Positions 1-8,810 of a stretch of DNA of 59,049 bases are shown one piece after another. Positions within the stretch are counted from its first letter, which is position 1; each line of letters begins with the position of its first letter. Source of the DNA: Bacteroidia bacterium (lineage in GTDB: Bacteria > Bacteroidota > Bacteroidia > NS11-12g > UBA9320); NCBI GenBank assembly GCA_047614125.1, contig JBLHHI010000002.1, positions 1 to 59,049 on the forward strand. Reading direction: 5' to 3'. The position numbers and the translations under genes were made by a program. The notes below the pieces were generated by a model, which was not told the origin of the DNA, ran no database searches, and worked only from the letters and a program-made list of their open reading frames with translations.

Positions 1-96
1 AAATCGGCATTGCAAGCTTACAGCCAGGTATGTATACCATTCATTTGGCATCCGACGGCATCATACGCAGATCAACCTTTATTGTTGCTCGATAAT

Positions 97-948
97 ATGG
101 TTAAGCGGATTCTGTTACTGATTCCGCTCATTATTCAAGGCCTTTGTTGCAATGCTCAATCGGATACGGTTCGAGTATACATCCAAGTTGGGAATGCTAC
201 CATGGTGGATGGCATTGAGATTAAAACCAAGAGCTTTACCACTTCAACTTCCTATAATTTTCAGAATCAGGTTATTTTCTTTAAATCAAATCAACCTACT
301 GTTCTGCGAATTATTAATGAAGACGTTATTGACCACACCTTACAATTTGGGCCATCATATAATTTCACGGTTTCAAGTCTTACAATCTTAGATACGAGCG
401 TAATATTTTTGACATCGGGTATCCTTGCCATTCACGATGTTAACAAAGTGGAACGCTATCTGGGTTTAGAAAGCATCTTGTCCTGCGCATCTTCAACGAC
501 CTTGAGTTATTTTTGGAACTTAAAAGAAATTCAATCCACTTTTAATGAGCAACTTTTTGATAACCAACTAGTTAGTTTCGATTCCTTTCGTCCAAACTAC
601 TTCCTTATAAACGGTTATAGCAATCCTGCATTGGCCAACGATACGCTTAGCAAGATTAGAGGAAGGGTTGGAGATACCTTGAGATTATACATCCACAATG
701 CCGGCAATTCGGTACACTCCCTTCACTTTCATGGCTATCATTTTACGGTTGAATCATCGAGTATTAAACCAGAATCGGTCGGTTGGATTAAAGACACCTA
801 TGCCGTATTGCCAAAAGAAAGTTTAAGCTTGATTATTGTTCCGGATAAGCCGGGAGAATACCCAGTTCATGATCACAACTTAGTTGCAGTTAGTGCTAAC
901 AGTTTCTATCCAAACGGCATGTTTACCACCATCGTTATAACCGAATGA
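97..948 (+). CDS. secreted cupredoxin / multicopper-oxidase-like protein lacking a type-1 Cu cysteine
   Basis: The ORF 10..948 (TTG start) is trimmed to the ATG at 97, which gives the signal peptide MVKRILLLIPLIIQGLCCNAQ. His motifs HSLHFHG and HDH lie 48 aa apart, with Asp where MCOs have the HCH cysteine. The C-terminal GMFTTIVI resembles the end of an MCO motif 4. The stop overlaps the next start (ATGA at 945). Confidence 0.6.
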   Translation: MVKRILLLIPLIIQGLCCNAQSDTVRVYIQVGNATMVDGIEIKTKSFTTSTSYNFQNQVIFFKSNQPTVLRIINEDVIDHTLQFGPSYNFTVSSLTILDTSVIFLTSGILAIHDVNKVERYLGLESILSCASSTTLSYFWNLKEIQSTFNEQLFDNQLVSFDSFRPNYFLINGYSNPALANDTLSKIRGRVGDTLRLYIHNAGNSVHSLHFHGYHFTVESSSIKPESVGWIKDTYAVLPKESLSLIIVPDKPGEYPVHDHNLVAVSANSFYPNGMFTTIVITE

Positions 949-2135
949 AATGGATTACCTCCATCTGCCTATTCCTGATTACGTGGAACTGCTACGGTCA
1001 AAATTCAACGTTGTTAATATCCAGAACAACGGGCACAAAAACCATGCACGATGGACGAGAAATTACCGTGTTCGGGTTCAGTCAAAAACTTTCTGAAAAT
1101 CCAGGAATACCTGGCCCAACTCTTGAATATTTCGAAGGCGATTCGGTTGTCATCGATCTATGGAACATTTCGCAATCATCTACGCATACCATCCACCTAC
1201 ATGGTTTAGACGTAAACCAAGAAAACGATGGCGTTCCGCACTTGTCGTTTGAAGTAGATCATATGGAGCATGGATTTTATCGCTTTATGGCACCGCACAG
1301 TGGAACTTATCTCTACCATTGTCATGTTGTTTCATCCATACATGTTCAGGCGGGTATGTATGGAATGCTCATCATTCACCCAAAAGATGAACCCAAAAAA
1401 ACTTGGAAAGATGGTTATTCCTATCGGAGCAGCTACAATTTCCTGTATTCCGAAATAGATTCAAAATGGCATACCGACAGTGTTTTAGAACATTCTCGCG
1501 ATCATTCAAAAGTGCGAATACCCCGCTACGATCCGGAATATTTTTTGGCAAACGGAAAAAGTGAAACCGAATGGGATAGCCTTGGATTTCCAACAAATGA
1601 AAACACCTACCTGCGATTGGCTAATCTGGGTTTTATGGGCAATCGAATAATATTCCCGTCAACGTTAAATGCAAAGCTCATTGATTCGGATGGAAGGCCA
1701 CTTCCAACGCCGATATTTAAGGATACCCTCTTTGTATATCCTGGTGAGCGCTACGGTGTGCTCCTGACTCCTACAAAAGATGAAAGTGGTGAAATTGACG
1801 TTTCATACCTTGATATGAATACGCATATAATTAAAAACTCTTCCGTTCAAAAATATGCAGCAACCCCCTTTATTGGCGTTGAGCAAACCCCAAACAACTT
1901 TCTATTGTATCCCAACCCAACCACTGGCGAATTGTACATATCAGCAGGAACACACAACATTTCCTTCATAGAAATTTGGAACGTGAATGGATGCAAAGTA
2001 CACAGTTTCAAAGTTGATAATCGTTCAGAAATCCACCTAAATGTAAGGTCTTTGCCCATGGGTGATGGCCTCTACCTGCTTAAAATTCTTACCGAAAACG
2101 GAGAAGTTAGTTGGCGAAAAGTTATAGTGTTATAG
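945..2135 (+). CDS. multicopper-oxidase-like protein with T9SS type A C-terminal sorting domain
   Basis: Signal peptide MKWITSICLFLITWNCYGQ. Copper motifs HTIHLHG and HCH-x5-H-x4-M (YHCHVVSSIHVQAGM). A second cupredoxin-like domain has no His motifs. The C-terminus LYPNPTTGELYIS...GLYLLKILTENGEVSWRKVIVL is typical of Por_Secre_tail domains. Confidence 0.75.
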   Translation: MKWITSICLFLITWNCYGQNSTLLISRTTGTKTMHDGREITVFGFSQKLSENPGIPGPTLEYFEGDSVVIDLWNISQSSTHTIHLHGLDVNQENDGVPHLSFEVDHMEHGFYRFMAPHSGTYLYHCHVVSSIHVQAGMYGMLIIHPKDEPKKTWKDGYSYRSSYNFLYSEIDSKWHTDSVLEHSRDHSKVRIPRYDPEYFLANGKSETEWDSLGFPTNENTYLRLANLGFMGNRIIFPSTLNAKLIDSDGRPLPTPIFKDTLFVYPGERYGVLLTPTKDESGEIDVSYLDMNTHIIKNSSVQKYAATPFIGVEQTPNNFLLYPNPTTGELYISAGTHNISFIEIWNVNGCKVHSFKVDNRSEIHLNVRSLPMGDGLYLLKILTENGEVSWRKVIVL

Positions 2136-2150
2136 CTTACGCTTCCTCTT

Positions 2151-2180
2151 TAAAAAAAATCCCGCTGGAGCGGGATTTAA
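2151..2180. terminator. bidirectional intrinsic terminator between convergent genes
   Basis: Stem ATCCCGC (2159-2165), loop TGGA, stem GCGGGAT (2170-2176). An A8 run precedes it, which reads as T8 on the minus strand, so it is strong for the 2199..6584 gene. TTT follows on the plus strand. Confidence 0.65.
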
Positions 2181-2198
2181 TTCAAATTGCTTAATGTT

Positions 2199-5100
2199 TT
2201 ATTGGATAATTAACCTTTTGGTAAACGAGCCTGTGAAACCTCTGTAAGTAACAAAGTAGATTCCTTTAGTAACGGGCCCCAAATTGATATTAATTTCTTC
2301 TGTACTGATTTCTGATTGATAAATGATTTGGCCAGTTGTGTTTTGAACAATCACTTGCATTCCTGTTTCAAGACCTGTTACGGCAAAACTGCCTTCCGAT
2401 GGATTTGGAAAAATGTTCCATACAATATTCTCATTCAGTTTTGCATCCAGTTTTATGGTTGAAGAATATTCAATGGATCCATCAAAATCTTGCTGCCGCA
2501 AACGGTAAAATCGAGTTTCATCTGGTAGGCAATTGTGATTATAAGCATAATTTGATATAGTGCTTTTGGATCCGTATCCATCCTGCCAAGAAACTTCAAA
2601 CCATTTGGTTGATCCTCGCTTGAATTCGATGCCGAATCCAGCATTTTTATTTTCGGATGCGGTTGACCAGGTTAAAACATCCTCATTTCCAATACGTTGA
2701 CCTTTAAACACAATCAGTTCTACAGGCAATGGGTTTATGTTGCTTCCTGTATTACCAATGGTAAAATCTCCAAATCCAGTTACCGTTGAAGAAGTAGATA
2801 CTGTACCTGAACTGGAAGTCCCAGATCCAGTGCCGGTTTCCTCTATCCAAGTAGAACCATTCCATCTTGCTGCTGTTAACTCGTTCACGTTTGCTGTATT
2901 TACTCCGCTGTTAGCGCCCCAACTCAAAGCAATACTGGCATCTGATGTTCCGGATAAACGACTCACATTAAAGTATTCAATTTGACTAACTTTGGTTAGC
3001 GGTGAGTTTATGGTAGACACATCTGTGTATGGCCTCTTAAAGTACTCCGCAGAATATTCTGTAGTGGACGAAGATGTGGGTGTAATGGTTACAGGTCTGT
3101 ATTCTCCATCTTTTCCAGTTGGGAGAATGAACCCTGAAGTAGATGAACTCGTTTTGGTTACTGGACCAGACAAATAGCTTTGATCGCTGGCACCGGAAAC
3201 GGTTGCGCTTGCGCCCAAATTAATTATATCAGAAGTGGTGGAATAAATGTTGCCATCCGTTAAAGTTAACCCTGACGTAACGCTAATTGGGTTATTCAAG
3301 GTTAAGCCAGTACTCGATGCATTGTTCATTATAAGTTTTCCAAAGATTGTTGCACCAGTTATACTTTGTGCAACACTTGCATCGAAAGAAACACCACCTG
3401 TACCAGATGTAAAAGTTCCATTGTTGGTCCAATTGCCATAAGTTGATAAAACATCTGAAGTGCTGATCACAACTGTGGCTCCAGATTCTATCGACATATC
3501 CTTACAAAGCGCACCACTTGCATCAATATCTGGCATGTTGGGTGCTATAGCAGGAATGTTTACATCGGTGGTTACAGTTGGAATGCCACCACACCAATTG
3601 GAGCTGGTAAACCAATCTGTATCAGTTGTTCCCAACCAGCTTCCGGGTTGCACAACAGTGACTGATGCAGTATTGGTTAACTCGGTTGGGCAAGCAGTTG
3701 GACTTGGGCCTGTTGCATAAATATTATATGTTTTGTTAGCAGTTAGATTACCGGTATTGAAGTTAATCGTCGAACCGGTGCCAATAACCGGGGAACCAAC
3801 GGGGCTGTCGTCTGAATCATCTCGGAGCTGATAGCTGTAACCACTTTCGGATCCTGCAATGCTAATAGTGCTGGATGATCCTGAGCAAATTGGGTTAATG
3901 GCCGAAACGGCCAACGACGAATCTGGAATTGGATTAACGGTAATAACAACACTGTCGGTGAGCGCAGATGTGCAGCTTGCAGGTGATAATTTAACGGCAT
4001 TTACGTCAAGTGTTGTGCTGGTTGAAATACTACCTGAAGTTAAGTATACATCCGCGCCGTTACCCAAAACCGAAGCGCCTGTCTTGCTTGCTCCATTGTA
4101 TAATTGATAGATAATTCCAGATTCAGAACTTATAACTCTAACATTAGAAACCACACTTCCTTCGCATATCGCAGTATCCGCAGGGTCTACGGTAAGCGAA
4201 GTACTTGGTGCAGTACAGGCCACTTCAACAGCTGAAGAAGGGCTGCTTTCGCAATTACCAGTAGAAGTAGCAGTTGCAGTAACATATCCAGAGGCATATA
4301 AGTCGTAACTCGCAATGTTGTTAACGGTCCAGACACCACCCGAAACTGTCGGCGTTGAACCAATTTGAACGCCATCAACATATAGAGTTATAACATCGGT
4401 ATTAGTTCCCGTTCCAATTACGGTGTCAACCCCTTCTGTGATAGGAGAAGAGGTAATGATTACTGAGTTGGTTGTTTTTGAACCAACAAATACTGAATCA
4501 GAGAAGGAACTTTGAACACCACCTGTTATGGTTGACTTGGCGGTAATTGTATCTCCACCTGTAAAGGTTGTGCTGGATATGGTTGCCGTCCAGCTGCCAT
4601 TTGAATTTACTGTGGTTGTTGGAGTTGTTGCAGAACCATTTTTGAAAACTTCTATTACAGTTCCAGAAGCTTCTGTTGAATATCCCGATATAACATTTAT
4701 TGTACCGGTTGAGCAATAAGTTCCTGTAAGTATCGGAGCCACTGAATTTCTTGATACTGTTTTGGAGGCAGAGGCTGCAGATAAGCATAGGCCACTCGTG
4801 CCAATTGCTTTGGCAGTTACAATCTGACCAAATGTAAAAGTCATGCTTACAATGCTCCAAATACCTGAACCATTTGCAGTTACTGAACCAACTCGTTCTC
4901 CATCCACATACAAAATTATGTTAGCATTTGCAACAGATGTTCCTTCCACGGTTGTTGTTGTAATTAATATTGTATCTGTAGTTATGGCCGGAGTTGCTGT
5001 TGCAGACCCTCCGCCAACGCAAACCCAAATTCCTGAAGATTCACACTGGCCAGACATGGTTGCCGTAACGCGGTGGGGGCCTTTATTTAGGCATTTAGCT

Positions 5101-6584
5101 CCTGCTGAGTTGCAATTTATAGAGGCACCATCCGCTGTACACTTCCATAAGAAATTATCGGTAGTAGGCGATAGGGCGCTTGGCAGGCTTGGCGCAGTGA
5201 TCGTATTTGGGGTTCCACTCGCAAAAGTAGTTCCACCACCGGCTGTTAACGGTGTTGTACTTGATCCTTCATACACTTTTATTACTACTCCAACCTCCGC
5301 AATGCCTTGTATACTTTTGCCGCAATGTGCTCCACTTATTGGATCATTTGAGCAAACGACACCAACAATTGTCAATCCACAATTATTTGTCGATTCTGAT
5401 TTCCCTGTTGCTATAGCAGATGCGCCAATAGTATCATCCGTCGTTAGTGCTGGGCTAATATCGTTTAATACCCAAGCCCCACTCAAAACGGTCGTGTCTC
5501 CAATAGAAATCCCGTTTTTATATACTGTAATGATGGTGCCATCAGCTGCTGCTGATGTTCCACTTACTGAGGTAGCTCCATTTGAAATGGGTCCCGTAAT
5601 CGTTGGGCAATCAGATCGAATTAATGAGGAAGCACATGCATTGGTTGCACAAGCGGGAGTAGATTTTTCTATAAGATTTAACAAGCATGATTCCCCGTCT
5701 CCACCGCAGATCGAATTGTCAACGCCAGCCATATCCGATCTTGAGCTTGCCGAGCCAATGCTCGACTTGCTCGCTGCCATATTGCTCATTACTGCCATTC
5801 GAAGTGGTGTTGACGTGGTTATACCAAAATCAGCAGCAATGTGTGCAAAGGGAACAAAAAAGTCGAGAAAATAGTCTGGGTTGTCACATTCGGCACTAAG
5901 AGCAATTGATTTTTGATAATTGGTTGTGCCATTATACGATCTAACAATGGTGGGACTTGCGGTACCGCGAGCGTCGTAAACATATACCCCAAACCAAGTG
6001 GCCAGCACAATTTCTATCTCAAAGCCTGGATTTCCAACCGTGTAATCCAGATCGGCATTGGGTCCACTGGAACCAAACTTTCCGTCTGTATCAATCATAA
6101 TGCTGTAACTCTTAGCGTTGGTAGCCACATTACCCATTCTCAAACGGAACATCCAGTTGTTCGAAGTATCTAGATAACGTTGAGCCGGGTCACGATCTCC
6201 TTCATCCACAAAATCCGTAAAACTACAACTGGGGCCACGATCTAAATCTCCATCGGGTTCGTTTGATGGAAAAGAAAGGCTGGTGTACGCAATTTCACTT
6301 TGGGTTTGATCATCGGTTGTGAACCCGGTAACGGATTGAGAAACCCATCCATCGGTATTGGGATCTAAAACAGCCTGGCCAGCACCCGTTGCAGGTTCGA
6401 AAATCATGCCCGGCGTTTGAGCCAAAACAGGATTGTACATAGAGCATAAAAAAATCAGTAAAATTAAGACATGAACCGTGTTGTCAATAATAACCGGATC
6501 ATCTTCTTTACACGATGAAAGGCTTATGCCAGAAACAACTGCCATAATCATTAATAGTTTGCTTGTTCTTTTCTTGAATATCAT
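2199..6584 (-). CDS. giant T9SS-secreted Ig-repeat surface protein (adhesin-like)
   Basis: 1461-aa ORF. It has at least four Ig-like modules with the pattern xx(V/L)(Y/F)x(N/D)G...G.W (ITVYKNGISIG, IILYVDGERVG, IEVFKNGSAT, ITLYVDGVQIG) and Cys-bracketed repeat modules. It also has an LPVELIVFKG...YRLRQQDFDGSIEYS module. The C-terminal IFPNPSEGSFAVTGL...FTKRLIIQ is a type A sorting domain. Confidence 0.8.
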   Translation of the reverse strand: MIFKKRTSKLLMIMAVVSGISLSSCKEDDPVIIDNTVHVLILLIFLCSMYNPVLAQTPGMIFEPATGAGQAVLDPNTDGWVSQSVTGFTTDDQTQSEIAYTSLSFPSNEPDGDLDRGPSCSFTDFVDEGDRDPAQRYLDTSNNWMFRLRMGNVATNAKSYSIMIDTDGKFGSSGPNADLDYTVGNPGFEIEIVLATWFGVYVYDARGTASPTIVRSYNGTTNYQKSIALSAECDNPDYFLDFFVPFAHIAADFGITTSTPLRMAVMSNMAASKSSIGSASSRSDMAGVDNSICGGDGESCLLNLIEKSTPACATNACASSLIRSDCPTITGPISNGATSVSGTSAAADGTIITVYKNGISIGDTTVLSGAWVLNDISPALTTDDTIGASAIATGKSESTNNCGLTIVGVVCSNDPISGAHCGKSIQGIAEVGVVIKVYEGSSTTPLTAGGGTTFASGTPNTITAPSLPSALSPTTDNFLWKCTADGASINCNSAGAKCLNKGPHRVTATMSGQCESSGIWVCVGGGSATATPAITTDTILITTTTVEGTSVANANIILYVDGERVGSVTANGSGIWSIVSMTFTFGQIVTAKAIGTSGLCLSAASASKTVSRNSVAPILTGTYCSTGTINVISGYSTEASGTVIEVFKNGSATTPTTTVNSNGSWTATISSTTFTGGDTITAKSTITGGVQSSFSDSVFVGSKTTNSVIITSSPITEGVDTVIGTGTNTDVITLYVDGVQIGSTPTVSGGVWTVNNIASYDLYASGYVTATATSTGNCESSPSSAVEVACTAPSTSLTVDPADTAICEGSVVSNVRVISSESGIIYQLYNGASKTGASVLGNGADVYLTSGSISTSTTLDVNAVKLSPASCTSALTDSVVITVNPIPDSSLAVSAINPICSGSSSTISIAGSESGYSYQLRDDSDDSPVGSPVIGTGSTINFNTGNLTANKTYNIYATGPSPTACPTELTNTASVTVVQPGSWLGTTDTDWFTSSNWCGGIPTVTTDVNIPAIAPNMPDIDASGALCKDMSIESGATVVISTSDVLSTYGNWTNNGTFTSGTGGVSFDASVAQSITGATIFGKLIMNNASSTGLTLNNPISVTSGLTLTDGNIYSTTSDIINLGASATVSGASDQSYLSGPVTKTSSSTSGFILPTGKDGEYRPVTITPTSSSTTEYSAEYFKRPYTDVSTINSPLTKVSQIEYFNVSRLSGTSDASIALSWGANSGVNTANVNELTAARWNGSTWIEETGTGSGTSSSGTVSTSSTVTGFGDFTIGNTGSNINPLPVELIVFKGQRIGNEDVLTWSTASENKNAGFGIEFKRGSTKWFEVSWQDGYGSKSTISNYAYNHNCLPDETRFYRLRQQDFDGSIEYSSTIKLDAKLNENIVWNIFPNPSEGSFAVTGLETGMQVIVQNTTGQIIYQSEISTEEININLGPVTKGIYFVTYRGFTGSFTKRLIIQ

Positions 6585-6786
6585 TTTCTCTTTCTTTTAT
6601 TGGTGCAAAGAGACAACGTTGATGTTACGGGAATGTTAAATCCAGCTTATCAAACTATGAAATCAAACACTTCGACCAATTAATTTTGACGTTATATGCC
6701 CTTATTTTACTTGTCATGCAGAGGAGTGTTGTGGCCAAATTATCGTTTATTTGATGTTTAATTTGCATTGTAAGCGTTTATAAACG

Positions 6787-6794
6787 TATCTTCG
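6787..6794 (+). promoter_or_regulatory. possible -7 promoter box (TATCTTCG, one mismatch to TAnnTTTG)
   Basis: It lies 75 nt upstream of the ATG at 6870 and directly abuts the perfect 12-bp palindrome CGTTTATAAACG (6775-6786). Confidence 0.25.
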
Positions 6795-6869
6795 CGTAAT
6801 TAAGAATTGCAATTGACCAATGTCAAGATTACCCAGACAGGGACGCAACTACTCTTTGTGCTTATCGAA

Positions 6870-8486
6870 ATGAAATTAAGACTTATTCTGCTGTATTTTC
6901 TTTCAGCGTGGATGATTTTGAGTGAAGAGGCCAATGCCCAGATCGCAATTTCAACCACCAAGCCGGTGATCACATCGTGCCAAGAGTCGGATTCAATCAT
7001 CGTAGTTCTCACCACCACCACCACCACCACCACCACCAACACCACCACCTCAGCTTCTTTAGACAGTATAGAGTATCAACCTTCACTGCCTACTAATGTA
7101 CATTATGTTGTTTCCAGCATGCGCATGTTTTCTGAGGAAAATAAATCCAACCTCAATCAGCCCATCTTTCGTTTCTCCAATTCACTTAGTGCCGGATCGA
7201 GTCTTCGTTTTTCCTATGTATTACGAGGCGGTTGTAGTTTGGATGATCAATATCCATTAATCACTCATATCCTGAATGCGTACAGCAGGAGTTTGAGCAC
7301 AAACCTTACACAAATTGATACCATACCTACGTTCATAACTCCAGATTTATCCCTCATTTCACAAACAGTTACCGGAGGGTTTTATACCAATATTGGAGAC
7401 ACCTTCCAACTCAATTTAATGGTTGGAAATAATGCTTTTGCCTCGGTCGAAAGCTTTCAACTAAAACTGGTAACCGGGAATAGCATCGTTCCATTAACCA
7501 TACGTGGAGCTTCTTTAAGCGTGAGCAATGACACCGCTACCTACCTATTTAGCAACAGCAAAACCAGCAAAAGCAATTTAATTAGTGGTATACCACTTCG
7601 AATGGATGGTTGTAATAATCACACATTAAAAATCATACTTCCATGGGGTTGCACCTCAAATTTATGCAACACGATTCACAAAAACATGGGCAGCGTTAAG
7701 AAGATTGATAATGCGAATCTCCAAACCAATACTTCCATTCTTGGAGCAAACGCTGCGGATGTAAGTTCTTGTAAATCGGATACCGTGCGGTACAACTGTA
7801 AAAACACGAGCACGGAACCCAACATTGTCGGTTCTGGAACTCTATGTAATCTGGTGTTGGGATTCGCCATCTACAATCAAGCCAAGTTTAAAGCAAATGG
7901 CATTGCGCGATACTCGCATCTCATAATTGGAACTACCACATTTAACTTCGACACCCTTCAGGCGATACGAAGCAACCGTATGGAATTGAACAATCTTTTC
8001 ACTTCCGACCCAGATGGAGACCGTGGTTTGATGGATGCGGATGGCGAAGAAGAAGTTGTAGTCTATCCAAACGATGGATCGTATATCACAACCTTAATTG
8101 CCACAAACCAATATGGATGTGCTGACACCAGTATATCATTCGATTCAATAACAACTAACCGAAAATTATTCATTGCAAATTCCTTCAGCCCGAACAACGA
8201 TGGGAACAACGATGATTTTGGTATTCGTGTAAATGGAAGTGTAAATGGATATGAACTGATAATTTCCAATCGTTGGGGAGAACAAATAATGGTGACCAAT
8301 GATCCTGAAGAACGTTGGGTTGGAGCGTATATGGGTGAAGACGTGGCAAGAAGGCATGTATTTCTACACCTTGTTTGTGGTTCAAGATGGAGGAATAATT
8401 GTTTCAAGAAAGGGTTAAATACGAGTATTACGATAAAGAAATTAGTCACAAGATGGCACAAGAAATCACCTGAAAGGGTTAGATAA
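6870..8486 (+). CDS. secreted protein with T9SS type B (CHU_C / gliding-motility C-terminal) sorting domain, disrupted at its 3' end (probable pseudogene or sequencing error)
   Basis: The ORF 6807..8486 is trimmed to the ATG at 6870, giving the signal peptide MKLRLILLYFLSAWMILSEEANAQ. The C-terminal region FIANSFSPNNDGNNDDFGIRV...LIISNRWGEQI...ERWVGAYMGEDV matches the type B CTD. It then leaves the conserved pattern. The +1 frame continues QEGMYFYTLFVVQDGGIIVSRKG-TAA-IRVLR-TAA, which looks like the expected end of the domain. Confidence 0.7.
   Translation: MKLRLILLYFLSAWMILSEEANAQIAISTTKPVITSCQESDSIIVVLTTTTTTTTTNTTTSASLDSIEYQPSLPTNVHYVVSSMRMFSEENKSNLNQPIFRFSNSLSAGSSLRFSYVLRGGCSLDDQYPLITHILNAYSRSLSTNLTQIDTIPTFITPDLSLISQTVTGGFYTNIGDTFQLNLMVGNNAFASVESFQLKLVTGNSIVPLTIRGASLSVSNDTATYLFSNSKTSKSNLISGIPLRMDGCNNHTLKIILPWGCTSNLCNTIHKNMGSVKKIDNANLQTNTSILGANAADVSSCKSDTVRYNCKNTSTEPNIVGSGTLCNLVLGFAIYNQAKFKANGIARYSHLIIGTTTFNFDTLQAIRSNRMELNNLFTSDPDGDRGLMDADGEEEVVVYPNDGSYITTLIATNQYGCADTSISFDSITTNRKLFIANSFSPNNDGNNDDFGIRVNGSVNGYELIISNRWGEQIMVTNDPEERWVGAYMGEDVARRHVFLHLVCGSRWRNNCFKKGLNTSITIKKLVTRWHKKSPERVR
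7011..7049 (+). repeat. (ACC)9-AAC-(ACC)3 trinucleotide microsatellite encoding T9-N-T3
   Basis: Read directly from the sequence: accaccaccaccaccaccaccaccaccaacaccaccacc. It is in frame within the 6870..8486 ORF, about 47 aa after the start. Confidence 0.95.
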
Positions 8487-8509
8487 GAGTGATTTAGTAG
8501 TTACTTATC

Positions 8510-8545
8510 GGAGTCCTGCGAGACGCAGGACTCCATTTTTGTTTC
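8510..8545 (+). terminator. intrinsic terminator
   Basis: 11-bp stem GGAGTCCTGCG (8510-8520), loop AGA, stem CGCAGGACTCC (8524-8534), followed by ATTTTTGTTT. Confidence 0.8.
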
Positions 8546-8649
8546 TGAATTTTACCGCGTTTGAGACTATTTGATTTAGATTCCGAGTTTGGTGCGGGGA
8601 ATGATGCGACCCCGCCGGGGTCAGAAATATCTATATTCATCGTTCTATA

Positions 8650-8810
8650 AACCTGAGTTCGATTAATCTTTTCAAATTCAGATTTGTATAGAACCCAAGT
8701 AGTAAGGCGAAAACAGGAAGGTTTATGTTTATAAACCGACTGATTTCAACGAAGCTAATAGGGTTTTATATACAAAAGTCCGCTTTACGCTTGTGAAAAG
8801 CGATTTTCAT
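8650..8810. mobile_element. truncated, diverged copy of the MITE-like repeat found intact at 31752..32072 (opposite orientation)
   Basis: By hand alignment, 8650-8718 matches the reverse complement of 32004-32072 at 62 of 69 positions. 8790-8810 is identical (21 nt) to the reverse complement of 31854-31874. The middle is shorter and diverged. The part corresponding to 31752-31853, including one terminal inverted repeat, is missing. Confidence 0.7.

Noticed and set aside
4843-5874. 343-aa ORF on the + strand, plus several 60-120-aa ORFs on both strands, inside the giant minus-strand gene
   Set aside because: It lies entirely antisense to a 1461-aa ORF with clear domain structure and a T9SS tail. 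Its translation is low-complexity (V/A/P/T-rich) with no motifs. Long antisense ORFs are expected opposite Thr/Ser/Gly-rich coding sequence.
6800-7048. 82-aa minus-strand ORF with a poly-Val run
   Set aside because: The poly-Val is simply the reverse complement of the (ACC)n repeat. The ORF spans the promoter and 5' end of the + strand gene.
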